Shown: positions 18,275 to 26,468 of the stretch, one piece after another
How the letters are laid out: each line of letters opens with the position of its first letter
Position numbering within the stretch: the stretch's first letter is position 1
Notes under the pieces: model-generated
What the model saw: only the letters and a program-made list of their open reading frames with translations
Told to the model about the DNA's origin: nothing
The model's database searches: none
NCBI GenBank assembly: GCA_009695195.1
Contig: SIBJ01000001.1
Location: 53,581 to 117,580, forward strand
Length of the DNA stretch: 64,000 nucleotides
Reading direction: 5' to 3'
Source of the DNA: Pedosphaera sp.
GTDB lineage: Bacteria; Verrucomicrobiota; Verrucomicrobiia; Limisphaerales; JADLHS01
Position numbers and translations under genes: made by a program

Positions 18275-19552
18275 ATGGAACGCACGATTAAAATCGCCCT
18301 CGTCGGCGCCGGCATGTTCGGCGGCGATGTCCACCTGCGCGCCTACGCCGACCTCCAGCGCTTCGGCATCGCCGGCCAGCTTGCGCGACTTGGCCTCGAC
18401 AAATATTCGCGCGACCTCGCGGCGGTGAAATTTGAAGTGGCCGCCGTCGCCACGCGTTCGGAGAAATCCGCCAGACGCTCCGCCGCCGCGTTCAAGAAAT
18501 GGACCGGTCATTCGCCGAAGCAATACTTCGGCGCCACGCCGTGGCTCGACATCCTCCGCGACTTCCCCGACCTCGACGTGCTGGCCGTCGCCACGCCGGA
18601 CAACTTGCACACGCCCGTCATCCTCGCCGCGCTCAAGACTGGTGTTCACGTCATCACGGAGAAACCTATGTGCCTCAACATCGCCGAGGCCGACCAAATC
18701 ATCGAACTCGCGCGCGCGAAGGACCGCGTCGTGGCCGTGGACATGCACAAGCGTTACGACCCCGATCACTTGCGCATCCGCGACGACATCCAGAAGCGCA
18801 TCGGCGAGCCGCTCTACGGCACGGCGTATCTCGAAGAGCCGCTTGAAGTTTCCACCAGCACGTTCAAGTGGGTCGAGCAAAGCGATCCGTTCAGCTACGT
18901 CGGGCCGCATTGGGTGGATTTGATCTGGCATTACTACCGGAGCAAGCCCGTCTCGCTCACCGCCGTCGGCCAGAAGAAACGCCTCGTGCGCGACGGCATC
19001 AACGCCTACGACGCCGTGCAGGTGCGCGTGGATTTCGCCAACGGCATGAGCATCAACTTCCACAACAACTGGATCACGCCGCCGGACTTTGAAGGCCCGG
19101 TGAACCAGGGCCACGAAATCGTCGGCGCGGACGGCAAGGTGGAAAGCGACCAGCAATATCGCGGCTTCCGCTGGTGGAACGCCGGCGGCGGCTCGCGCAC
19201 AAGCAACAACCATTTCACCCGCGACGTGAAACGCCCCGACGGCACGCAAGCCTGCGTCGGCTACGGCGTGGACAGCCTCACGGCGGGACTCGTGGCGATC
19301 TGCCGCATGAAATTTCTCGGCGCGACCCGCGATGCGGTGGCGGAGACTTATCCGACCGCCGAGGACGCGCGCATCGTGGTGGCCATCGTCCACGCGGCGC
19401 GGTTGGTGCGCGACTTGAATTTCAAATACCTGCAAGCCGGCAAAGGCGCACCCGTCACCGCGCGTTTCGGCAAGGACGGCATCACCGTTGTGGACCCGTT
19501 GGGCCAAGGCTCCCAGAAGCAGTTGCAAAAAATCTACCAGCAACCGCTTTGA
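18275..19552 (+). CDS. Gfo/Idh/MocA family oxidoreductase
   Basis: N-terminal Rossmann motif IKIALVGAGMFGG, then VATPDNLHTPVILAALKTGVHVITEKPM; 425 aa. Confidence 0.85.
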   Translation: MERTIKIALVGAGMFGGDVHLRAYADLQRFGIAGQLARLGLDKYSRDLAAVKFEVAAVATRSEKSARRSAAAFKKWTGHSPKQYFGATPWLDILRDFPDLDVLAVATPDNLHTPVILAALKTGVHVITEKPMCLNIAEADQIIELARAKDRVVAVDMHKRYDPDHLRIRDDIQKRIGEPLYGTAYLEEPLEVSTSTFKWVEQSDPFSYVGPHWVDLIWHYYRSKPVSLTAVGQKKRLVRDGINAYDAVQVRVDFANGMSINFHNNWITPPDFEGPVNQGHEIVGADGKVESDQQYRGFRWWNAGGGSRTSNNHFTRDVKRPDGTQACVGYGVDSLTAGLVAICRMKFLGATRDAVAETYPTAEDARIVVAIVHAARLVRDLNFKYLQAGKGAPVTARFGKDGITVVDPLGQGSQKQLQKIYQQPL

Positions 19553-19556
19553 GATG

Positions 19557-19650
19557 GTAGGGCGCGTCGCTCCGCGCGCGCCGTCCCCCGCCGGTATGCC
19601 AACCTCCAAATAATCCGGGAACGCGGCGCGCGCGGAGCGACGCGCCCTAC
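19557..19650. repeat. Hairpin repeat, family K (GTAGGGCGCGTCGCTCCGCGCGCGCC arms)
   Basis: GTAGGGCGCGTCGCTCCGCGCGCGCCG ... CGGCGCGCGCGGAGCGACGCGCCCTAC are perfect arms of about 27 bp separated by about 40 nt. It lies immediately 3' of the oxidoreductase gene. Confidence 0.65.
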
Positions 19651-19847
19651 CCAGCAACGGCGGAGCGCGGGCGGTCCCCGCCCGCAGCACTTCCGCAAGC
19701 CGAGAGCGGTTGGAAATTTCCGAGGTCTTCCCGCAATCCACGCGCTGCGACCCCGCCATCGCGGGATCGCGCTCCGTCAATAATACGGTTGTTGCAATTC
19801 CACCGGCGCGGGCAATTTCTTCGTTGCATCCATGCCAGGCTGGCGGT

Positions 19848-20285
19848 TCACGTTTTCACCAGCGGATTGCGGGTCTTGAGTTTCGGGAACAGGGAGAAGT
19901 CGCGGTCAGCCGTCCAGAGTTCGCGCACGCCGTTATGCAGGCACAGCGCGGCGATGCGCGCATCGTGGATGCGCGGGCCGGAGAGTTTCGCGGCCAGCGC
20001 CAGCTCGCGCAGCTTTTCAAAATAACCCGGACTTTCGGAGAGCAGATGCAGTTGAGGCGAGGTCATCAAAGAGTCGAGAAAACCCAGCACATTGGCGAGC
20101 GGCGAGGCTGGCTTATAGACACGGCCGCTGGTCACCACACCGATAAATTCATGCACACAAGGCCACGGCAGCGCCCACGGACTGCCGCCTTCGATGACCG
20201 GGCGCAGTTGTTCCATCGTGTCCGAGTGAAATTCCGAATCTTCCCGATAGGCGTAAACCAGCAGGTTGGTGTCGAGCGCAATCAT
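19848..20285 (-). CDS. vapC: Type II toxin, PIN-domain VapC family
   Basis: MIALDTNLLVYAY...IHDARIAALCLHNGVRELWTADRDF; conserved acidic PIN residues; 145 aa; 4-nt overlap with the upstream antitoxin. Confidence 0.85.
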   Translation of the reverse strand: MIALDTNLLVYAYREDSEFHSDTMEQLRPVIEGGSPWALPWPCVHEFIGVVTSGRVYKPASPLANVLGFLDSLMTSPQLHLLSESPGYFEKLRELALAAKLSGPRIHDARIAALCLHNGVRELWTADRDFSLFPKLKTRNPLVKT

Positions 20286-20530
20286 GCGCCGTGGCCCCGA
20301 TAAATTTCGTCACGGATTTTTTCCCACGAGGCGTTCTTGAATTCATCGGTCAGTCCGCCGCCGCGAAAGGTCACGGGCTTCCATTTCCATTTTGCGGGTT
20401 TGGCCTGCTTTTCCTTGAGCACGATCCGCAAGCCCTGTTCGGTCAACGAACGGAAGGTCGTCTTCTCCTTGCGCGCGACGCGTTGGACGCGTTCAAAGAG
20501 ATCGTCGGCAATTTCGATGGTTGTCTTCAT
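20282..20530 (-). CDS. vapB: Type II antitoxin, VapB-like (DUF2191-type)
   Basis: MKTTIEIADDLFERVQRVARKEKTTFRSLTEQGLRIVL; start at ATG 20530. The longer track ORF (to 20677) runs into repeat sequence. Confidence 0.75.
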   Translation of the reverse strand: MKTTIEIADDLFERVQRVARKEKTTFRSLTEQGLRIVLKEKQAKPAKWKWKPVTFRGGGLTDEFKNASWEKIRDEIYRGHGA

Positions 20531-20596
20531 AATATGGCGACCCATATTCGCATGGCTGGCCACCCCTATCAAGCGCCATTTATCAGTAGCGGTCAG

Positions 20597-20829
20597 GGTG
20601 GGTGCGATTAAAGGCAGGTGAGGGTGAGCGGGTGCTGGCGGTATTTTTGGACTGCGGTGGCAAGTCGGACGCGACACCGCTTTCGAGCGAACGAGGCGGG
20701 TTGCTCATTGCCCTCGCCGTCGTCGGTGCCAAAGCGGTGTCGCGTCCGACTTGCCACCGCAGTCCATTATGCCCTCACCCGTTTTTAATCACACGCTGCA
20801 CCCATGGGTGCGATTAAAGGCGGGTGGGG
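20597..20829. repeat. Composite repeat: a family A hairpin (20649-20765) nested between imperfect inverted copies of a GGGTGCGATTAAAGGC-GGTGAGGG motif
   Basis: GGACTGCGGTGGCAAGTCGGACGCGACACCGCTTT ... AAAGCGGTGTCGCGTCCGACTTGCCACCGCAGTCC are near-perfect arms. The flanking motif occurs at 20597-20626, inverted at 20771-20803, and direct again at 20806-20829. Confidence 0.6.
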
Positions 20830-20830
20830 A

Positions 20831-20936
20831 CCGGAGTGTGGCCGTCCCCGGCCACAGCAAGGTGGAGCGTACGGACGTCTTTTGAATTTCACAAATCTCC
20901 AAGCGTACGTGCGTTGCTGCGCCCGGGGACGGGCGC
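20831..20936. repeat. Repeat family B (GGCCGTCCCCGGCCACAGC ... GCGCCCGGGGACGGGCGC)
   Basis: An element of about 105 bp with small terminal hairpins. A recognisably similar copy in the opposite orientation lies at 26252-26356. Confidence 0.6.
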
Positions 20937-20990
20937 ACTCCGATCCCGCGTCGTGGCGGCGCTCTGCCGAGACGCCGCTACGCGCTTCCA

Positions 20991-22241
20991 TCACGCCTTC
21001 GCGTCCGTACCCGCGATGACATTCGTCGCGCCTTGCTTCGTCGGGTTGCGGAAGAAAATCAGGAAGATGACCAGCACCCCGATGGCCAGATACGCCGGCG
21101 TGAGCCAGACTTTTTGCCAATCATGGCCGATCACTTTGCCCGCCGCGTCGGTCAACGCATATTTCCCCAGCACTTTACCCGCGAGCATCGTTCCGACAAA
21201 CGCGCCGACGCCCCACAGGATGAACGCGATGAATCCCTGACACGCGCCGCGGATGCGTTCGTTCGCTTCGTCATCCACATACAATTGCCCGGCGATGAAA
21301 AGAAAATCGTAGCAGCAGCCGTGCAGCAGGATGGCGGTGAAAATAAATGCCGTCTGCGCCGCGCCCGCGTTGGCACTGTGCGCCAGCGCGAAATAGCGCA
21401 GTACCCAGCACAGGATGCCCATGAAGATCGTGACCTTGTAGCCGAAGCGTTTCAAAAACAGGGGCAGCAGCAGGAAGAAGATCACGTCGGACACCTGCGC
21501 GAACGAAGTTTTTACGAGCATGTTTTCCCATTTCATTTCGGTGAGATAGACACCGAGGTTCACGAAGTAGAAGTAGAGCGGAATACAAATGAGAAACATG
21601 CACAGGATGAAGATGGCGAACGACGGTTTCTTCAGCAGCGCGAGCGCGTCGAGGCCGAGGATTTCACCCAGGCTCACATTCGCGCCGGCCTTCTTCGGCG
21701 GCGTGTGCGGCAAGGTGAGGGAGAACAATCCGAACACGATGGACGCGCCGCCCGCGAGATAGAATTGGATAGGTGACTCCGCGCCATGCAGCGCATTGAG
21801 CGCGACGAGGCCGGCGATCCAGCCGACGGCGGACAGCATTTTCACGCGCGGAAAATCGGTCTTCGCATTCGCCAGATGATGCAGTGAGAGCGAGTTTCCC
21901 AACGCGAGGGTGGGAACATAGAGCGCGCAATAGAAAATCAGCGCGGGATAAAAGGTGGCGAAGGTCCGCATCTGCGGCAGCACGCACAACATCGCCCCGC
22001 CGAGAATGCCCAGCACCGCGAGCAACTTCTCCGAAGCAAACCAGCGGTCGGCGATCAGCCCGACCAGAAACGGCGAGATCATCGCGCCGATGGCGAACGC
22101 GCCGTAGGCCAGGCCGATTTGCGGTCCTTCGAACTTGAGCGTGTTGAAGAGATAAGCGCCCATGCTCACATACCACGCGCCCCAGATGAAGTATTGGAGG
22201 AACATGAAGACGCTGAGTTTGATTTTGAGTTGGGTTTGCAT
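20991..22241 (-). CDS. Nucleoside:H+ symporter family MFS permease (NupG/XapB-like)
   Basis: MQTQLKIKLSVFMFLQYFIWGAWYVSMGAYL...LVGLIADRWF matches the nucleoside permease N-terminus as I recall it. It is polytopic. Start placed at ATG 22241, because the track start at 22427 runs into repeat A. Confidence 0.8.
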   Translation of the reverse strand: MQTQLKIKLSVFMFLQYFIWGAWYVSMGAYLFNTLKFEGPQIGLAYGAFAIGAMISPFLVGLIADRWFASEKLLAVLGILGGAMLCVLPQMRTFATFYPALIFYCALYVPTLALGNSLSLHHLANAKTDFPRVKMLSAVGWIAGLVALNALHGAESPIQFYLAGGASIVFGLFSLTLPHTPPKKAGANVSLGEILGLDALALLKKPSFAIFILCMFLICIPLYFYFVNLGVYLTEMKWENMLVKTSFAQVSDVIFFLLLPLFLKRFGYKVTIFMGILCWVLRYFALAHSANAGAAQTAFIFTAILLHGCCYDFLFIAGQLYVDDEANERIRGACQGFIAFILWGVGAFVGTMLAGKVLGKYALTDAAGKVIGHDWQKVWLTPAYLAIGVLVIFLIFFRNPTKQGATNVIAGTDAKA

Positions 22242-22374
22242 AGGTGGTCGGGTTGAGTGCGCCGAACGTAGTGAAGTCTTCGCGTGGCGAGAAGAAGAAA
22301 ATGCTGGACGTTGCCGCCCAGAACGGTGGGCGGGGCCGGTGGCGTTTCCGCATCGGTTCCGCGGCGCGCGTCTT

Positions 22375-22486
22375 GGACTGCGGTGGCAAGTCCGACGCGA
22401 CACCGCTTTGGAAGGCGCGTTGACCAACCGAACCGCTCACGCCGTCCGAAAGCGCCGTCGGCGCTGGCGCTCTGTCGGCGCAGTCC
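22375..22486. repeat. Hairpin repeat, family A (degenerate copy)
   Basis: The left arm GGACTGCGGTGGCAAGTCCGACGCGACACCGCTTTGG is almost identical to that at 20649. The right arm ...CTCTGTCGGCGCAGTCC is diverged. Confidence 0.55.
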
Positions 22487-22585
22487 AAAAATGCAGCACC
22501 GCCGCGAGAAGAAAAAAATGCTGGACGCCGTTCGGCGACTCTGCGAGTAACGTCGCAGTCCTTGGCCGCGTCTGAACCCAAAGTT

Positions 22586-23923
22586 ATGAAAAAACTTCTC
22601 TCGACCCTGACGTTCGTTGCCCTCGCCGCACTCACTTCCCTCGCGGCGGACAAACCGTCCAAACCCAACATCCTGTTCATCCTCGCCGATGACACGGGCA
22701 TTGATGACTACGGCTGTTACGGCTCGGACCGGTTCAAGAAGTTGACGCCGAACATTGATGCGCTGGCGAAGTCGGGCCTGCGCTTCGAGCGTTGTTACGC
22801 CGAGCCGCTGTGCGGGCCGACGCGAACCACGCTCATGACCGCGCGTTACGTTTTCCGCACCGGCGCGATCAGCAATCCCATCACGCACGCGACGTCGTTC
22901 AAGGATGAACCGTCGCTCGCGCGGACTTTGAAGTCGGCCGGCTATGCCACGGGCATGGCCGGCAAGTGGGCGCAGATGGGCGACTCGCCGGGCGACTGGG
23001 GCTTCGATGAATTCATCACGGACAAAACGGCGGGCGGCTGGTATTGGCAGAACGGCTACAACAAAAACGGCCAGCACGTGGACGCGGGCAAGGAGGTTTA
23101 TTGCCCGGACGCTTGCCTCGACTTCACCAAAGATTTCTTCAAGCGCCACAAGGACGAGCCGTTTTATTTTTATTTCCAGACGCACCTCGTCCACGGCCCG
23201 ATCCTCCGCACACCGGACACGAAGGAAGGCACGAAAGGCGAGGAGGCGCTCTATGACGACAACATGGTTTACATGGACAAGCAGGTCGGCCAGCTCGTTG
23301 CCGAACTGGAGAAGCTCGGCCTGCGCGAGAAGACACTCATCGTGTTCTCCGGCGACAACGGCACGGCGAAACAATCCGGCACGATCGGCGGGCGGCAAAT
23401 CAACGGCCACAAAAGCACGGTGCTCGAAGGCGGCAGTCGCGTGCCGCTCATCGCCAACTGGCCGGGGGTGACGCCGAAAGGTAAAGTGCTCAACGACCTC
23501 ACCGACTTCACCGACTTTTTTCCGACCTTCGCGGAAGTCGCCGGCGCGAAGATGCCGAAGGACGTTAAAATTGACGGCCACAGCTTCGCCCCGCAACTGC
23601 TCGGCAAGAAAGGCAGTCCGCGCGACTGGATCTTCGTCCAACTCAACGCGAAGTGGTACGCGCGCAACGACGGCTGGAAGTTGAACGAGTCCGGCGAACT
23701 GTTCGACATGAGCGACGCGCCGTTCGTGGAGAAGCTCGTCGCCGCCGACGGCCAGAGCGCCGCCGCCAAAGCCGCGCACCAGAAACTTCAAGCCGTCCTC
23801 GCCGACCTTAATCCCGCCGCCGGCAAGACCGCCTCGGGCGCAGGCGATGCCGCGACCAAGGCGGCGAAACAGGCGAAGCGCAAGGCCAAACGGCTGGAGG
23901 CGGCGGGCGCGGCGAAACAGTGA
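22586..23923 (+). CDS. Secreted sulfatase (formylglycine-dependent arylsulfatase family)
   Basis: Signal peptide MKKLLSTLTFVALAALTSLAA; NILFILADD; sulfatase signature CGPTRTTLMTARY. It has an unusual Ala/Lys-rich C-terminal tail. Confidence 0.85.
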   Translation: MKKLLSTLTFVALAALTSLAADKPSKPNILFILADDTGIDDYGCYGSDRFKKLTPNIDALAKSGLRFERCYAEPLCGPTRTTLMTARYVFRTGAISNPITHATSFKDEPSLARTLKSAGYATGMAGKWAQMGDSPGDWGFDEFITDKTAGGWYWQNGYNKNGQHVDAGKEVYCPDACLDFTKDFFKRHKDEPFYFYFQTHLVHGPILRTPDTKEGTKGEEALYDDNMVYMDKQVGQLVAELEKLGLREKTLIVFSGDNGTAKQSGTIGGRQINGHKSTVLEGGSRVPLIANWPGVTPKGKVLNDLTDFTDFFPTFAEVAGAKMPKDVKIDGHSFAPQLLGKKGSPRDWIFVQLNAKWYARNDGWKLNESGELFDMSDAPFVEKLVAADGQSAAAKAAHQKLQAVLADLNPAAGKTASGAGDAATKAAKQAKRKAKRLEAAGAAKQ

Positions 23924-23950
23924 ACCGCGCTCGAAGGCGCGCGGCCGGGT

Positions 23951-24628
23951 TCAGGTCTTGTGCTTCGCCAGCACCCACGCGATGTGGATGCCTTGAATCA
24001 CGCCCATCGCGAGCAACAAGACGCCGGAGCCGCGTTCCATTTTGAGCATCGTGGCGTCGGTGATTTTTTGGTGACCGAGCGAGATGGCCCAGCTCAATCC
24101 GAAAAACCACAACCCCACGCCAAGCGCCACGCCGGCCAGACACGCGAATTTGCTTTTCCACGTCGGCTCCACCCAGCCATGCGAGATGAAAATCCCAACG
24201 AGCAAAATCCAGCCGAGCAACACGCCGGGGTTGGCCAGCGTCCGGACGAAGCCGATCATGAACGCCGAGTGCGGATGCAGTTTCTCCTCGATCTTGTCCG
24301 CGTCAACGCCGAGACGAATGGGGGCGGAAACGGTCTTGGCGAAGGTGAATTTGAACCCGAGGAACATCATGAAGAAGAAACTGAACACCTCCATGGCGGC
24401 TTTGATCCAGCGGGTTTCAAAAAAGGCCGCGAAGCCGGTTAAGGCGATGCCGCAATAGATCAACTCCATCAACGTCGCCCCGGTGCCGATCATCGCCGCC
24501 CACTTGAAGCCGCGCCGCGCGCCTTCGTTCATGATGGTGAGATTGACGGGCCCGACGGGAATGCAGAGCAGGATCCCAAAAAAGAATCCGGTGAGCGCCG
24601 CGAGGCCAAGCGTCTGGAATTGATCCAT
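23951..24628 (-). CDS. LysE/RhtB family amino-acid exporter
   Basis: 225 aa. The N-terminus GFFFGILLCIPVGPVNLTIMNEGARRG and six predicted TM segments are typical of LysE-type translocators. Confidence 0.8.
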   Translation of the reverse strand: MDQFQTLGLAALTGFFFGILLCIPVGPVNLTIMNEGARRGFKWAAMIGTGATLMELIYCGIALTGFAAFFETRWIKAAMEVFSFFFMMFLGFKFTFAKTVSAPIRLGVDADKIEEKLHPHSAFMIGFVRTLANPGVLLGWILLVGIFISHGWVEPTWKSKFACLAGVALGVGLWFFGLSWAISLGHQKITDATMLKMERGSGVLLLAMGVIQGIHIAWVLAKHKT

Positions 24629-24631
24629 GAT

Positions 24632-25495
24632 TCAGTTCGTTGCCGGCGGCGTCTCGTCGTCCTCCTCGTCCTCGATCTCATGCCGCATCCGGCCCGAGAT
24701 GAACGGACGCACGAAACCGTAGATCAAATAAACCGCGAAGAACGTCGGCAGCACGAATTGCAGCAGCTTGTCCCAGAGGATCACGAAGAACCCGATCACC
24801 AGCACGATGGCCACCATTTTCGGAAATGTGCGCGTGGCGCGAAAATCCAGTTTCTTGAACGTCGGATACTTCACCGTGCTCACCATCATCATCGAGAGGA
24901 ACACCAGCATCACCGGCAGCACAAAGCGCACATTACTCTCGCGGAACTTGGTGTAATCATGGTCCTCCGCCCACAGCAACAGCAGCGTGAGCGACGCCAC
25001 AAAGCCCGCCGCCGCCGGGATCGGGAAGCCGAGGAATTCCTTGCCGCCGCCACCGCCCTCCTTCGCCGCGATGCAGTTGAAGCGCGCCAGCCGGAACGCG
25101 CCGCAAATCAGATAAATCGAGGCGATGAACCAGCCGATCTTCGGGTAAAGCTTGAACACATCCTGCAACACGATGCGGTAAACGAGAAACGCCGGCGCGA
25201 CGCCGAACGAAACGATGTCCGCCAGCGAATCGAACTCGCGCCCGAACGGACTTTCATAACCTCCCATGCGCGCGACACGGCCATCGAGCAGATCGCAGAT
25301 GCACGCCAGCAAAATGTAGAACAGCGCCACGCGGATCGTGTGGCTGAACATGGGATCGTCGGGATTCGCGTCCACGATTTTCGTGAGCGCGACGAAGCCG
25401 CAGAACAGATTCCCCGCCGTGAGCAGGTTCGGCAGGAAATAAATCCGCAGCGGAACTCCGTCGTCGGGAGGGGGAGTTGGCGTGGGCGTCGTCAT
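24632..25495 (-). CDS. pssA: CDP-diacylglycerol--serine O-phosphatidyltransferase
   Basis: CDP-alcohol phosphatidyltransferase motif DLLDGRVARMGGYESPFGREFDSLADIVSFGVAPA. Confidence 0.9.
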   Translation of the reverse strand: MTTPTPTPPPDDGVPLRIYFLPNLLTAGNLFCGFVALTKIVDANPDDPMFSHTIRVALFYILLACICDLLDGRVARMGGYESPFGREFDSLADIVSFGVAPAFLVYRIVLQDVFKLYPKIGWFIASIYLICGAFRLARFNCIAAKEGGGGGKEFLGFPIPAAAGFVASLTLLLLWAEDHDYTKFRESNVRFVLPVMLVFLSMMMVSTVKYPTFKKLDFRATRTFPKMVAIVLVIGFFVILWDKLLQFVLPTFFAVYLIYGFVRPFISGRMRHEIEDEEDDETPPATN

Positions 25496-25499
25496 GCGG

Positions 25500-26186
25500 T
25501 CACTCGAAGGTTGCGATCACCGTTTCACCACCGACGACCTTGTCGCCGAGTTTACATTGGAGCTTCGCGCCCGGCGGGAAATAGACATCCGCGCGCGAGC
25601 CGAACTGCACGAGGCTGATGCGTTCGCCTTGCGCCACGGTTTCGTCCAGCGCCGTCCACACGATGATGCGCCGCGCGATCAAACCGGCGATGAGCCGGAT
25701 GCCGAGTTTCCGGCCAGGAAAATCCGTCGCGTTGAAACCGAGCAAAACATTTTCGTTGAACGTGCCGCTATCGCTCCGCGTTGCGCTGAGATACTGGCCG
25801 TCGCGATGTTTGTGGAAAACCAGCTTTGCGTTCACGGGCGCTTTCTGGACGTGAACGTCGAAGATGTTCAGGAAAATGGAGATCCGCTGGCACGCGCCGC
25901 CCATGAATTCGGCTTCGGTGGTTTCATCCACCACGTCCACCGTCCCGTGCGCGGGTGCGAGGATCAGGCCATTGCCCACGGGCACGCGCGCGTCGGGGTC
26001 GCGGAAAAAATTCAGGGTGAACAAACCGAATAACGCCCACAGCAGCAACAGCGCCGCGGCCAGCGCCGTCACCCAAAGGCCGGCGTGGCGATTGAAATAG
26101 CAAACCAACGCGACGGCGAGCGCCGGGATCAGCGTCAGCGCGATCAATCGCATCCCGGCCCGCTGCGCTTTGCCCGCGTGTTTCAT
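25500..26186 (-). CDS. psd: Phosphatidylserine decarboxylase proenzyme (short form)
   Basis: FFRDPDARVP...APAHGTV... and the C-terminal VQFGSRADVYFP (GS self-cleavage site). Start placed at ATG 26186; the track uses TTG 26228. Confidence 0.85.
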   Translation of the reverse strand: MKHAGKAQRAGMRLIALTLIPALAVALVCYFNRHAGLWVTALAAALLLLWALFGLFTLNFFRDPDARVPVGNGLILAPAHGTVDVVDETTEAEFMGGACQRISIFLNIFDVHVQKAPVNAKLVFHKHRDGQYLSATRSDSGTFNENVLLGFNATDFPGRKLGIRLIAGLIARRIIVWTALDETVAQGERISLVQFGSRADVYFPPGAKLQCKLGDKVVGGETVIATFE

Positions 26187-26251
26187 CGCGCCGAAGTTAG
26201 AGTCGCGCCGGGCGCGTTCAAAGAACAAAAGTTCGCGGCGCGTTGCGGAGC

Positions 26252-26356
26252 GCGCCCGTCCTCGGGCGCAGCAAGTCGCCTACGCCTGAAGGTTCGGGAA
26301 GTTCGGGCGGCTTTCGTACGTTCCACCTCGCTGTGGCCGGGGACGGCCACACTCCG
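26252..26356. repeat. Repeat family B (inverted relative to 20831-20936)
   Basis: GCGCCCGTCCTCGGGCGCAGCAAG...CTGTGGCCGGGGACGGCCACACTCCGG aligns by eye with the reverse complement of 20831-20936. Confidence 0.6.
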
Positions 26357-26468
26357 GATTCATTTCGAACGCGAACCGGCCCGGCGCGGTCACATACGCA
26401 CGAGCTTTTTCGCTTTGTGCCCGGAGCAATTCGCGTAGGCTCGCGTCAAACCGGTCGGGGATTTTCAA

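Noticed and set aside
23925-23945. The short stem CCGCGC-TCGAAG-GCGCGG between the convergent sulfatase and LysE genes, considered as a terminator.
   Set aside because: The stem is only 6 bp and has no T-tract, which is too weak to annotate.
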